A DNA stretch of 64,000 bases from Eledone cirrhosa. Its lineage: Eukaryota. The DNA lies in contig OZ024743.1 of NCBI GenBank assembly GCA_964016885.1, positions 203,050,001 through 203,114,000 of the forward strand, given 5' to 3'. Both the position numbers and the translations under genes were made by a program. Every line of letters begins with the position of its first letter. The first letter of the stretch is position 1. A model generated the notes under the pieces. That model had not been told where the DNA came from. It did not search any database and worked only from the letters and a program-made list of their open reading frames with translations. Positions 14,270-28,429 of the stretch are shown one piece after another.

Positions 14270-15240
14270 CAACGAAACCATTTCGTACATAATAATACCA
14301 GTACCACAACCACAAACTATACATAAAACATCATCACTACTAGCGTACCTATATCTAAAGCGAGAATATTCCACCAATAATACAACCAACATCACTAATA
14401 CCATCACTATAAGCATTATAGGTAGTATCACTGCTACCTTCACAATGTCAACATAAGCATGCTAACAGACCACTATCATAACTACTATCACTCTTCCACC
14501 ATCATCACTACTACCGTCCTAACTTCAATCACGAAGACTTACACCACACCACTGATCCCAACACCACTCATACCATCGTCACTACTACCACACTGTCTCT
14601 TTTATCAACTGTAAACCCATCGCGACTAATAATACTTCAATTCCACTTACAACACTACCATCATCACTACATATACCACTAACACTGATAGCACTACCGT
14701 TACTATCACACCACTACCACGACCAAAACTATAACCAATAGAAATTCTAAAATAAAAAAACACCATCGCCATTAGTCACATCACCAATAGTACCATCACC
14801 ACTATTGCCATCTTCAGTAGAACTTTTACACTTCCCAAGATCCCGTCACCACAACACCACCATTACTACCATTATTTGTAAAACTACAGTCACGAAGTCA
14901 CCATCATCACTACTGTCAACTCCATAACCCCCTCCTTTACCACAATCATTAGTACACATACAATCACAAAGTCACCATCAACACAACTATCATCACCACA
15001 ATCCCCACGCTTGCTAATATCACCACTATTACAATCAACACCACTCTTATCAACACAACCCCTACCAAAATTACCATTACGAATGGAACTTCTGTATTCC
15101 CCAAGCCACCATCGGCTCTACTTCCATCCCTACAACCACAAACTACATTAAGAATATCACGACTGCTACCATGAATACAGACATACGCCGTCACTACTTC
15201 AACCATTATCATAATTTCATCACACTGTTTCCATCAACCC
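14270..15240. repeat. Degenerate (ACC/ACT/ATC)n low-complexity tract
   Basis: About 1 kb of eroded trinucleotide repeats with no continuous frame. Confidence 0.8.
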
Positions 15241-15489
15241 GACCACACTCTGCTTTGTCACTTACATGGCTGCTAACGTCATGGTCATCAGAATCCAAAA
15301 TAACGTAACTAACAATTTATAACAACAAATATCCTAACAGAAATATTAATGAAATACAAAAGTATAGATAAGGACTCTATAATTGGAAGTCTATTCTGTC
15401 CCTGAATTAAGACGAAAAAACGAAAATAAAACAAAAGTACATTGTATTTACGTTAAACAGAATTTCTGATGATAATCAATTTACATCTA

Positions 15490-15587
<98 letters not shown>

Positions 15588-15612
15588 TAGACGTAAATTG
15601 ATTATCATGAGA

Positions 15613-15699
<87 letters not shown>

Positions 15700-15710
15700 T
15701 GTGTGTGTGT

Positions 15711-15743
<33 letters not shown>

Positions 15744-16221
15744 GCGTGTGTGTATGTATGTGTGTATGTCTGCAAGTATGTGCATATGTATAATACAGAT
15801 CGTCCCTGAAAATGAGTTCACTGCCAACTGAACGAACCTGAGTCACGTTCGATCATTAATAGATCGATCCTCGAGCTGATCTACAGTGAAACGTATGTAA
15901 TATGTACTTTAATATGTATATGATGCAATACTAATTCTTTGTTCCCTTATATAAGAAATCTAGCAAAACAAATTCAAAAACGAATTACAGTAGTATAGGT
16001 CTGTCAGAGATATCCAATGGTAAGAGCACTCAGTCCATAGGACGAGTTTAGTATAAATAATTACAACAGTGACATAAACATGTACTAAGGTTTCTTTGGG
16101 TTCTGGACCCCAACTCATTCAGCTTGTAATTTTTCTTATAACAGGTTGAATGAGTTGGGGTTCAGAAGCCAACGAATCTTAAGTACCTGCTCATGTCACT
16201 GTTGTAATTGTGGAATTATCG

Positions 16222-16258
<37 letters not shown>

Positions 16259-16275
16259 TAAAATAACAGATAAAG

Positions 16276-16324
16276 GTTTAAGCAAAGAATCGCTGCTTTC
16301 TCCCTTAACGGGATCTTCTGAAAC
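16276..16324 (-). ncRNA. Hammerhead motif (U4A variant) at a PLE-like 3' end
   Basis: gttt CAGAAGA tccc(gttaa)ggga GAAA gca(gcgattctt)tgc TT aaac; its 3' part recurs on + at 50664-50722; both copies end in (AT)n. Confidence 0.65.
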
Positions 16325-17239
16325 TAAAAAAATCAATCTGTGAACGCAGAAGTAAATATTTTGAAAAACGCTGCAATCGAAGGAAACAGGAAGAGGATAC
16401 TTTGGTTCGTGAAGACGTTCCCTGGCAATGAACGGAAAAAAACGAAGATAATACGTTGATATGTAGAGCCGTGAGAACAAATACACGCAAAGACAAAACC
16501 ACGTTAATGGTATAAATGGAGTCATAGACCAATATTCTATTTAGAAAACCGAATGATTCACGGCTTCAGAGTTAAGAATAAGGTAAATAAATTAGTAGAA
16601 CGAAAATGACAGAGGTTGTTAAAGTAATAATAATTAAATATATACATACACGCATCTATATACATACATATACGTGCATACGCCAAAACACACGCCATGC
16701 ATGCAAATGTATGCACGCACACATAAACACGCGCACACATAAACACGCGCACACATACGAACGTATACACCAAATACACATATAAAAAATGTGTGTGTGT
16801 GTATACATATAATTATATAAACGTATATAAATGTACACACATGAATACGTATATAAAGCACGCACACACATACCTACAAGTAAATACACATGTTCACCAA
16901 AGGTACACATATACACACCATACATAAGTGCAAATACGCATACACACACAAAAACGAAATACACATATACACATAACTATATACACAAGTACCAGTATAT
17001 ATAATAAATAAACCTATAACAAATGCAAGCATATATACGTACGAGAGTATACGTACCTTCACAAAACATACAGGCAATATATACTTACCTATACAAATAA
17101 GTAATGGTATAAACATAAAATATACTTAGCTACCACATCGAGACGTAAATTATCCGCGTATTGTTCGAACTATCCGTTAGGGTACAATGTGGGGCTGTAA
17201 AACAGGAAAGTTTTATGCAATTTGTATTTACAAGCCGAA

Positions 17240-17958
17240 ATTGCCTCTGATTTTTTGTTTAAGATATGATCATTGGCGTAGAGTATTTCCAGGGCTTCAG
17301 CGGCGCAAAGATCGCATGGTCTTTTATTTCCGTTATACGATCTAGCTCTAGCTAGGATCTCCCAATGTATATTGGGTGTGATTGTCTTTTAGACTCCAGA
17401 TATAACCTGAAAGTGACGTCATATTCCTTATTAAAGGGTTAAGAAAAGAATGGGTGTACATGTAAAGACGCTACTTGAATCTATTGACGGTTAACCCTAT
17501 GTAGGCCACACTAGACGTGGGTATTTCGACCTTACAGGTGTAGACAATGTTACTTCAGAGGCATTTCCCGGATAGAGGGCAGTCAACCCAATTCCTACAA
17601 TTACAGCTAGTACTAGCTACAGGGTTGCACTGTTACTACGGCTAGGTAATTTGGCTAAATTTGAAGCAGTGATGTTATGTGCAAAGTTAGCAGTCGTGGA
17701 GTAAGATATTTTAATGGTATTTCTATTAAAAATGTTATTATATTTATGTGCTGAGGGGAAATGCTTCTTAATAAGGGAGAGATAGATCTTAGCTAATGGT
17801 GTGGCCACCTCCATATTATATGCTGGGTATACCATATAATGCGTTGGGATCTATTTTTCCTAGGTTTATGCTCATACTTAGTATATGCTACCTTATCGAC
17901 GAATGCACTCCGAGCAAGTGCTTCATTGTAATATGTGGAATGGTCGGTGAAAATATGG

Positions 17959-17960
<2 letters not shown>
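17240..17960 (-). mobile_element. PLE relic: RT thumb/linker plus GIY-YIG endonuclease
   Basis: KHFP…KYNNIFNRNTIKISYS; SCNCRNWVDCPLSGKC…IVYTCKV…AYIGLT…RFK. Confidence 0.85.
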
Positions 17961-18001
<41 letters not shown>

Positions 18002-18092
18002 CGAAGGAGTTGTGGTAAGGAACCAGATGGACCATATCGCACCAGAGTACTCAATACTTAGGGTAGTAGAGTGGGTAATAGGAGAAAGTATG

Positions 18093-18191
18093 ACCCCGAC
18101 GGCAGAGCTCAAGCCGTTTCGACGGCTATTTCTGGACTAAAGTAAGAGTTTTTTTAGTCTGATAAATAAATAGCCGAACTTTTCAAGGGGT
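18093..18191 (-). ncRNA. Hammerhead ribozyme, U3-A8 core
   Basis: acccc TTGAAAA g-tt-cggctattt…aaatagccg-t-c GAAAC ggc(ttgagctct)gcc GTC ggggt. Confidence 0.8.
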
Positions 18192-18835
18192 ACTTTCTTA
18201 TATGGGAAGATTGTAGTTGTCAAGAGGTTTGGTCAAAATCTGTAGCAGACACAGTAGCTACACATATGTAGCCTCAGTACCCCCACCCCAGTAACTTACA
18301 GATAGTATTCGCCGATTAGCCTATACTAACTATTCATAGCAGTTGTGTTAGACCCCAGAGATGTGGTATTAATTTTTAATTCTAAATTTTCAATAATTCT
18401 CATCTAGCAACTCATTCTATAGCTTTGGTCGATATAGCAGCACCAACTAAATATAGCAGCTGTGTTAGACTCCTTAGTTTTTCTCTTATTTCACTTCTCA
18501 CTTTCCAATCTTACATTCTGATACATTTTTCTCTCATTTTTTATTATATTCTTTTTTATTATATTTTTTCTTTGTCCCCTAATCGCATTTGATTTACTAT
18601 TTCTATAACGTCTTCCACTATCTAAAGAAACCTTTTTCCGCCAATCTCCTCTGGCCTACTTTGATACACATTCCTTAGAATTTGCCGTGTAGATTTCACC
18701 TTCTACGCTTGACAGGCTCTACCCACTCCCCTTTCGTTCTACAGGCAAGTTTAGCCATCCCCACCCCGCACCCACTGCTATGATAGAATTTTGACCAATC
18801 CTCTTGACAACTACAATCTTCCCATATAAGGAAGT

Positions 18836-18935
18836 ACCCCTTGAAAAGTTCGGCTATTTCTTTACCAGACTAAAAAAAACTCTTACTTTAGTCCAGAAAT
18901 AGCCGTCGAAATGGCTTGAGCTCTGCCGTCGGGGT
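18836..18935 (+). ncRNA. Hammerhead ribozyme, U3-A8 core (inverted partner)
   Basis: Same fold as 18093-18191; GAAAT instead of GAAAC (U.G wobble). Confidence 0.75.
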
Positions 18936-18958
18936 CATACTTTCTCCTATATATATAT

Positions 18959-20035
18959 AGAAGTAGTTCCACAACAGTTAGTTCACCATACCAAGAACAA
19001 ATGTTTTACCTTAAGTGGAGCGGATCTTCAGCTCGGTCTAAGTGAAGGAAAAACGACCGTATGTATAGGCATGCGCAGAAACGGTCACTTCACCTGTAAG
19101 GTGTAAGGGAGATAACTGCAAATGTCCAGACTAAATTATTCAAGTTGATCAGAATATTAGAATGTTGATGTTATTCAATCTGGAGCTTTGTAATTATGCA
19201 AGAGGTGTTTGCAGACGTGTAGACAATGTGAGAAAAGCTCATTTCTTGAATTTAGGCAATCGTTATTGCGTTAACTTCTCAGGATATTGATCCTTTCTTC
19301 AATGCACAGTCCACAAGACGGATTACCCATTGCGTATGCCTTGGACTTAGTGATAGCTTTCCATTGCATGGAGTAGTCTACGCCTGAGTCTTTGAGGGAC
19401 CATACGTGGCTCACGAGTTTCGTGGACGATCGTTTGTCCAGGTATCTAAAAGTCGACTGATGATTCAGGAAGCGTTCCTTAAACCGGCCCTCTGCCAAAC
19501 CTACATAGAATTTAAACTCTTGTTGATTTGGTCGGTTTGAAGTAACCACAGCTTCATAAATTACAGCAGGTGTGTAAGGTATGAGAACCAGATATTTTGT
19601 CTATGGCTAAGATTTATTTTCTTATTGTTGTTGGTGTTAGTGATGGGGGTAATTGGTTCCGAGAAGCCGCTGTTAGCTAACGCCGTGTTGTAGTAGGATA
19701 CCGCTCTGTCAAAGATTGATTTATTAGAGGAGAGGTTAGAAATTCTAGTACCGATATTATTCACGAAATTTCTAAAAACTGTAGGAGAGTGGCATAAATC
19801 CTTGTGTATGTAATTAAGTTTTTTATTTAGTTTATGGAAGGGTATGAAGGTGTGTGTGCGGAGGTCTACATTTATGTCTAATCTACGCTAGTGGGGTTGG
19901 TAGCTACCGTCATCCTGTGTCCTAACTCATTAAAAGTAGAAATTAACTCTTTTTAAAACCGTTTGAGGTGGTAACCACTTTTGTGACTCGATAGGGTCAG
20001 ACCACCGTCGCGGTATAATCCCGTCTATGTGGAAT
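18959..20035 (-). mobile_element. PLE family B, 5'-truncated (RT C-terminus, GIY-YIG, degenerate HHR 18991-19036)
   Basis: GLYRDGGL; FYVGLAEGRFKERFLNHQSTF…CGLCIEER; homologous to 34870-36253. Confidence 0.9.
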
Positions 20036-20451
20036 ATTGAATTCACAGAAGAGAAGAGACATCAGTTTCCAACTCCAACAGTTTTCTTGAAACAAACACC
20101 GCTATTATTTTTCAGAAGAACTGCAATCTCTGAGTGTTTTGTACAATGTCTGCATTAATTGGATGCGGTTGTAATCCGTCATCACCCGTGCCAAACATTC
20201 ATGTCATACCGACAACTTTAAAGACGTGTTTAGGTTTTCTCAATTGTTTTATTTTAGATATATAATCACAACAAACGCGAAGTTTGAGGAATCAAATTAT
20301 ATCTTAAGGATATATTTGTGCATGGGTCATTAACTCCTGACAGACACCGCTATATCTATGGCATTGTATACTTGGTGGAACTGATTCCTCTCCAGGTCTG
20401 AGCCCAAAAGATTACTTAGAGGAAAAAATAAAAAAAAGAAGCCCTACAGAT

Positions 20452-20582
20452 CGAACCCAGTACTGGACTTGTACTTGAAAGGATGAATGACAATATTGGG
20501 ATTTGAACTCCGAGCCCTGTGAGCCAGAAGGAATATTGAGGAATATTTAATCGGAAGTGCTAACTATTCTGCCAATTAGCCA
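20452..20582 (-). mobile_element. Degraded SINE copy
   Basis: ggctaattggcagaatag…gagttcaaatccc…catcctttcaagtacaagtccagtactggg. Confidence 0.6.
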
Positions 20583-20996
20583 CATAACAGATTTAAATTT
20601 TCAGTCAAATATAAAACTAAAATAGAAAATATTATTTCTCGTTCATTATCTTCAGTGAGTGGATTACTTGATATTTCCCATATATTTTTCTCATATATTC
20701 TCTTCTAATCTCTCATCATCCATTAGTTAATCTTTACTCGTTCGTTTCCTCACTGAATCTTCCATGGTTTTTTATTCTTTGGACTTTGAAAGATTATGAA
20801 TATTTTATTTCTCAGTTCTTTCTCTCGTTTTATTCTCCCTTATTTTCATTTGCTTTCCCATTTCCCTTGTTTATTTGTTTGTTTGTTTGCTTACTTGCTT
20901 TTTTGCCGTTGTAAAGTTTGAATTTTCTTCTGTTATTATTATCATCAATAAAAAAATAAATCATTATCATTATTATTATTAATAGTATTAGCTGTA

Positions 20997-21226
20997 GGGC
21001 AGTCGATTGGCTGAATCGGTAGAGCGTCAGATACTATGCTTTGCAGAAAAGACTTATTGCTCTTTACGTTATGATTTCAAATGTCACCGAGGTTAGCTTT
21101 GCCGCTCATCCTCACGGGGTCGATAAAATAAAGCATCAGTAATGCACTGGGTCGATTTAATCTACCACCACCCGACACCCCAAAAATTGCTGGCCTCGTG
21201 CATATAGTAGAAATTATTATTATTAT
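20997..21226 (+). mobile_element. tRNA-derived SINE
   Basis: tggctgaatcggtagagcg…tttcaaat…catcctcacggggtcgataaaataaagcatcag…(att)n. Confidence 0.85.
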
Positions 21227-21647
21227 TGCTATTGTTCTATGTTATTGTTTTTGAAAGAAACTCTGAGAAAAGTTATAATATTGCCACGAGTTATCTATTG
21301 AATGACTTTTCTGTTTTTTGTAAAATTATTTTTATCGATTTCGTGTACATGGTACTTCAAAACATTACAATGGTTAAAGGGAACCGTCCGTATATTAGAT
21401 ATTTTGTTGTCTTCTAGCTTCTTCTGAGAATAAAGAGATGCTAACCACAAACGAGATAGACCCGATTATACCTCGCTCTCCACCACACGTTATTCTAAGA
21501 ACAATGATATAATTATTTTAATTATCAATCCAAAAAAGGAAAAGAAATACAATCACACAAACCAACGCATCAATCATTTACAGTTTAACAAATGAAAATA
21601 GTAGCGATATTCTTAATAAAGTTAATAGTAAGAACAATAGAACCAGT

Positions 21648-21840
21648 AATAATTGTTTCTAATTTTGGCACAAGGCCAGAAATTACTCCAGTGTATTACT
21701 GATACTTTATTTTACCGACCCCGTAAGGATGAAAGGCAAAGTTAACCTCAGCGTGATGTGAATTCAGATCATAAAAGGCCGTAACTGTATGCTGCAAAGC
21801 ATGGCGTCCAACCCTCAACCGATACTGCCAATTGACCACC
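21648..21840 (-). mobile_element. tRNA-derived SINE
   Basis: Matches 5151-5340 and 33780-33960. Confidence 0.85.
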
Positions 21841-21854
21841 AATAGAACTAGTAA

Positions 21855-22072
21855 TAATGGTTTCTTATATAGGCACAGGCCACCAATTTTGGGGGATGAG
21901 AAAGTCGATTAAATCAACCTCAGTGCGTGATTGGTACTTTATTTATCGACCCCGTAAGGATGAAAGGCAAAGTTAACCTCGGCGCGATTTGAAGTCAGAT
22001 CATAAAGGGCCGTAACTCTATGCTGCAAAGCATGGCATACGACCCTCTACCGATACTGCCAATCCAACGCCC
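21855..22072 (-). mobile_element. tRNA-derived SINE, tandem to the previous copy, longer 3' variant
   Basis: Same head and core; retains the ttgatttaatcgac…ccccca segment also present in 20997-21226. Confidence 0.85.
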
Positions 22073-23067
22073 TAGTAGAACCATTAATAATAATCAATGA
22101 TTAAGCGTGATATAGAGAAGTTTCCGTAAAAAGGGAGAAGTACGTCGCAAGGGGCGGTGACTCGTTGTTCGGGGATATACTGAGAAGGTAACCACAAAGC
22201 ACTTTTTAAAGATACCCTGTCGAGAGATACACTTGATTATTATTGTCCATGCTGATGGATCTCAGCATCTGTAGAGTATAGGATTAAATACTTTGGGTTA
22301 TTTACATGCATTTATTTGCCTATTGAGTTCAAATCAAGTGAAGCTAATATTTAACTTTTATACTTTATTTCGCCCGCAAAGGAACTGAAGACCCAATCAC
22401 TTTCATCAGAAGATCAAGATTGGATTACACAAATGAAACTAGATATAATAAAATTCATTTATTTTCCACTCAACTATTCCTGTAAATTCAACCCACGTGG
22501 GCAATCGGGGAAAGTCTTCATGATTAAAGGATCTGATAGACATAGCTGCCATATTTACCTCAGCTCATATACTGTTGTCTTTATCAATTAGAAGGAGGTT
22601 TGATTAATGACATCCTGGATAAGCTCATCTTAACATATATGGGACGGTCAAAGCTGGAACACATTTTAGCGTAGGGTATGCAATAAGAACTAAACAAAGC
22701 CTATACAACAAAAAACAATGATACGAAAACAACAATAACACAGATAATGATGATTTGTCACATTATCAGAATACCATCTATTTTGGGTGAAGTGCGTAGT
22801 TAGCGTTATTGACCACAGAATTTGATTAATGTTTGTTTTATCAACCTAAGAATGATTAAAGACAAGGCCAATTGAAGTTTATTTTGTAATTAGAAGTAAA
22901 AGGGACATAACTCATTTCATGTCATTCCGTCCATCCCTCTACCAAACATGCCATCAACAACCTTTTAACACCAATGATATTAATATGGAGGACTATGTGT
23001 ATTGATTCCACCCTACTATGTTAAAAGGTAAAGGGTATTTAACAATGTCTGTGTATGTAGATGTGTG

Positions 23068-23310
23068 TCTCGGTTTCGGACCTCCGTTGGTTCTAGCAAC
23101 GAGAGTTCCAGTTGTTTGATCAACGAAACAGCCTGCTTCTGAAGTTATCATACACGTGTTTGTGTATTCTAAGACACGTGTACAGGTAACGTTGTTCTCA
23201 AAATGTTTTTTTACATGTTTTCCAGAAGAGCTGAACAGGGCAATCTGAAATAGTCTTGCTCAAGGATGATCATTAACCGTGAACTCTAACTATAAGCCAC
23301 GCACCTCAAA
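23068..23310. mobile_element. Degraded dispersed repeat (SINE-like); relative at 43085-43240
   Basis: Shared …gttgttt[g]…tcaacgaaa…cctgc…gaa…agac.cgtgta…acgt..tt.tc blocks in both copies. Confidence 0.55.
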
Positions 23311-24915
23311 AGTAGTCTCTTTATTTCTTAATTACCTATACAATAAAATATGGCAGAGTCACGATCAATAATATATAATTCTGTGTTCCTGAGCTTAATT
23401 CTCTCTGATGTGAACATTGGTATTCAATTTTACAGGTGTTAATAAAATAATCATCCAATAAAATAATGTGTGCTTTCTCCCACTGAAATATATAGCCTTC
23501 TTTCTAGTTTAGACAAATTTAATACACTTTTTTATTTTAAATTTAGACCTAATCGTATAGAGCAAGACAAACCCGCCCTCACAACACCGTCTTTTTGTGT
23601 GTCCATTATTCAATGCATGGAAGAAGTTAAAATCTACTTCATAGAGTATTTGTGTGCTATTTTATGCAGAGTGAGTGTCGGACTAAATGTGGGTGCTAAC
23701 TTACATGTTACATATACCACAACACCCAATGCAGATATTTTTCTAAACGCAATCAAGAAAATTTGAAAAAAGGAGAAAGGAACCGATCGTTGGTTCCGAT
23801 CAAGGAAACGATGCTTTAATTGAACTTTCTATTGTCGACACCCTCCATAGGTCGCAAATCCAGGCAAAAATAAAGTTAGAAAAAATAGCGTTAAGAGGCT
23901 GAAATTAAACAACTGCTGGCCTGCCGTAATAGAGGAAATAGAAATGTTGAATTAGTTTGTTTTTTATTCTCTCTGATTCTCAACAGAATATGAATATTAA
24001 ATGATTCAGTGATTTCTTTAATCTCAACTAAGAGATAGTCAACGACGCTTTTATTATCCGTTAATCATTTGCAATGGAGTGATTGATTTAATTCTAAATC
24101 TTTTCACATAAATGATTTATTATGAAACACCATTTCCACACACAAAGAAACATTGTTGAAGGTGGTCGTTTACATTCTTTTGATTTTAAGTCATATTATT
24201 TCTGTTTTCTCTAAATGGACAAAAGTTTCTGTCTTCTAATATTTTCTAAAACAACTTTTTTATGAGCCTCATTAAAACAGAATAAAAATAAAAATGTTGC
24301 TTTGTGATAAAGTTTTAGCTGACACAACAAAGGCCATGCTGGGGTAACATTTTTTTTCTATTCTTCAATGGAAATATAAAATAAAAAGCAATTACCATTA
24401 TTGTTTGGTTCAACTGAATCAAGTGACAATTATGGTTTGGAATAATTAGCTATGCTGTATATCATCTAACAATAACAAAACATGTTCTTTAGGAACATGT
24501 GATTAAAGTAATGCATTATCTTTATAAATGAGAAGCATTTCATTCTTTGCAAAACATCCTAGCTGTGGTTCTTAGTTAACGTTGTTGAGCACTACTGAGG
24601 AATGATTACAACCGTGACTAACCCCACAGAAAAGTTTCGTGAAATAGTCTTTTTAAGACTATATAGTGCATTTGTAGATTTTTCCAAATTGACGGATAAG
24701 TAGTTACTCTTAATTTTATTTTGAGTTAAGATTCTATTGGGTTTTTTTCCCAGATTACACAAAATCTGTGGATAACATTTCTGGTCGTGACTTGTTTTGA
24801 ATTGGGATTAAATTATTTTCCCATATCTTACGTTAATATTTTCATCTTGACGTAATAGTGACTTATATGTCTGAATTACTGTTGTCTTCTTGCTTACATC
24901 AATTTCTCTATTTTC

Positions 24916-24981
<66 letters not shown>

Positions 24982-25584
24982 TATATATCTTTGTATATAT
25001 AGATACATATACATTCGTGCAAGCATACATACATACATTCATACCTACTTATACATACACATACATACACATATACATACATACACATATACATACACAT
25101 ATACATACATTTCAAATGTGTGTTCCTGCATGTGCGTGCGTAGGCATATATTTGTATTCATAGGCGCAGCCACGTCGTGGTTTCGGGTGGATCCTACTGC
25201 CTGCATTCACATTTAGGCGAACTCGGGTGACATCTGAAATGCTGAAGAACAATCTCATTACTACTTCTCAAATATTTGACCATTTCATTACATGTTTCTG
25301 ATGAAAAACATTCTATTTCAATAGGTTAATTTTGCAGTATTTACTAAAATTATTAATTATTTCATGACTAAGTTTGTAGCAAAACCTACGAGGCTATTCA
25401 GCCTATGTGCGTGGGCAAATTAGCCTCATTTGCATATGAAGCTTTAGGCCGGCTCGGCCTCAAAATAGAACTTAAGTTTTCCATCCGACATAGCTGTGTA
25501 CATATAAGTATGTGTATTTCTTTTATATGTAATGATATACTGTATGTTTACGATTAAACCTGGGCCTAAAAACTATTTCCACCA

Positions 25585-25640
<56 letters not shown>

Positions 25641-27139
25641 ATGTGTGTGTGTTTGTGAGTGTGTGTGTGGTTGTATATGTATACAGTTATATACAGTATA
25701 TACAGAGAGGGGGGAAAGTGTATGACGTTGGCAACTACGATGCTGTTTCTATAGTATCTTAAATTTAACACTTTTGATCTTCCGACCATTCCTCAAATAT
25801 TATTGAACGAATGCCAAAAGCGTAAATATACATGCAGTCTCTCATCCTGAACTAACATATTCACTTTTTTAAATGTGATAGTTTTTGTGGTAACAAAAAA
25901 TTCTTTCGTTATTGAACAAACACAGCCACAAAGAACACATGTTAAGCTTATTTTACTGAAACAAATGGCTCTTTTCCATAACACTTTCTTTTAAAAATTC
26001 ATTTTATTGCATAATCAAAAGGAGAAGAATTGAACCAATTGTTAGATCAGTCCAAGAAGACAATGTTTTTTTTTTATTTTTTCATTGCTGATACTATCTG
26101 CCGGACGCAATTCTTTTCACAATTCAAAACAGTACAAAGCAAAGGTGAATTTACTTTAGTTATCGAAACACCGCGTCATGTCCTTTAGAAAATCAGTACA
26201 TGACAAATTTCATCGAGTATCAAAACATTACAAGTGTAATCAAAGTATGTATTTTTTACATCAGCTTAATAGTAAACTAATTTCAGAGTTGTTTTGCAAA
26301 AGAAAACGCCACATCCCTCTTTCTCGTTTTTATACAGATCTACCTCTTGCTAATACATAGGTGACTTTTCTCTCCACATCATCGATATTTTCCAAGGCAA
26401 GGGAATGAGCCGATAGAGATTATTATCAGTGACTCAACAGTCAATGTATTTAATAAGCTGGTGCATCGCATCTGATGCTTTAACGATTCTACAAACGCTC
26501 AGCCCTAGACAGTTACTTTTTTATTGACTATAATGTCTAGAGCAAATACCGAAAGACATTCAAGCTGGTGTAGAAGCAACTCTGCCAATTCGCCACCTCA
26601 TAGCATTCCCAAACATAAGTTTATAATATGAAAACTTATTTCTTGCAATCGTTATCACTGTTTAATCCTTTGTCAATCATTGTCCATTTTTTTTATTGAT
26701 GGGTTACTGTCTTTGAATTTATTGTTTATGTATTCTTACTAGTGTGTTATTGGCTTACAAACTTCTTCGAATATTTAAGATCTAATGCTTCTGTGTTATT
26801 CTCTGTATTTTGTTGTTTTAGTTTTCCAACGAAAGTATTGCCACATCAATCATTTTAAATTTGGTAGTTGGTAAATAAATATATGATGTCGTTGTTTAAT
26901 CCCCATTCAACTCCCATCGAGGAGATGATATTTTATCAATGTAGATCTATCCATAAGATTTGTGTCTTATTTATAAGAAGAACAATATTCCCTAATGCGC
27001 ATTTTCGTTTTTAAGGTAATATTTCAGGTATTTTCATGTTAGTGGGTCTAACTGCAGTGTGTTGGTTTAGTCGTAAACTCGAATAAGACATTTTTCTCCA
27101 TTTGTTTGATGTGTCTCCTTTACCGATCAATTTATAGAA

Positions 27140-27930
27140 CAGTCACGTTTATTTAAAAAAAGCCTTCGTGAGCCACCTTTTTTTAAGTAAAGAAATTCAA
27201 ACACACACACACACAACACACATACACACACGCACACACACACAAACATACAAATAAACATACATATCTTTACTTTCTTTATTCAATAGAAAATCTGAAT
27301 TCTGACACCCCAGTGAACTAACCATATTCACTGAACCAGAACAATTCTCCCATTCCTTTCTCTTGACCATTATCTTTCACTTATCATAAAATTCTCTAAA
27401 AAGGCTACAGAATGGATTTCCAAATAAGGGCACGAAAATTTAATGAAAACTTGTACACGTGACAGCCATAATTTCATTTACAACCAACCAAAAAAAAGCC
27501 TCCGTGAGCCCTTTTTTTCAAGTAAAAAGGAATTCAAACACTCATATATGAAAAAACAACCTGTGACATCCCCCCCCCCTCTTATTTGAAGAACTATTGT
27601 AACGCGAACTGGCGCGAAATTTATTATAATTATTGACAAACCAATCAAATTACTTCTCAAAAAACCTGGCATTTCTAGCCACTTTTTCCATATAAAACAA
27701 GTAACATTCAGAGACCAACCAGATGTGAGAAAAACCACAGACCCTCCATCTCAACTCACCTTTTGAAAAGCATAAGAACTGCGAAACCGGTAAAGGAACC
27801 AAATAAATATATATATTTTTAAAAAAATAAGACTCCAGTTGCATTTTCGATTTCATCTCTTTTTCTTTATACTTTCACTCGTGTAGGACACCTCGGTTAT
27901 TTTTCATTTTGTAAAAAAAACCTCACTTTC
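27140..27930 (+). mobile_element. Solo 3' UTR/pLTR of the Naiad-like PLE
   Basis: Near-identical to 55705-56500; ends in (AT)n; contains an HHR. Confidence 0.9.
27759..27796 (+). ncRNA. Minimal hammerhead, U3-A8 core, palindromic stem III
   Basis: cctt TTGAAAA gca…tgc GAAAC cg GTA aagg (ACCGGU self-complementary). Confidence 0.8.
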
Positions 27931-27989
27931 TAATATATATATATATATATATATGAACAAGATTGAATTTCCTTTGATACTTTTTGTGG

Positions 27990-28020
<31 letters not shown>

Positions 28021-28025
28021 ATGTC

Positions 28026-28131
<106 letters not shown>

Positions 28132-28289
28132 TGTATGTGTGTCTGTATGTGTGTCTCTGCGTGTGTGTGTGTAATGAACAATAATAGAAAGAGGTGAGGA
28201 TATGACTTTAGTTAAGATGAAACAGAAAGATAGGATGGTTGAGGAGGAAATATGATGTACACATACACACACACACACATATATATAAC

Positions 28290-28375
<86 letters not shown>

Positions 28376-28429
28376 TTATGTATGTATCTATTTATGTGTA
28401 CATATGCACATATATATGAATATAGTGGA

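Larger units (their letters stand above)
18000..18950. mobile_element. PLE family A end with inverted pLTRs (18082-18240 vs 18787-18950)
   Basis: About 160-bp inverted repeat, each arm with an HHR; the left arm has an extra ~80-bp tail; (AT)n on both sides. Confidence 0.85.

Noticed and set aside
14270-15240. Mucin-like Thr-rich exon
   Set aside because: No sustained frame or splice signals; an eroded trinucleotide repeat.
20040-20300. Possible mariner relic
   Set aside because: Only faint peptide resemblance.
20997-21090. tRNA gene
   Set aside because: The A and B boxes belong to a multicopy SINE head; no cloverleaf.
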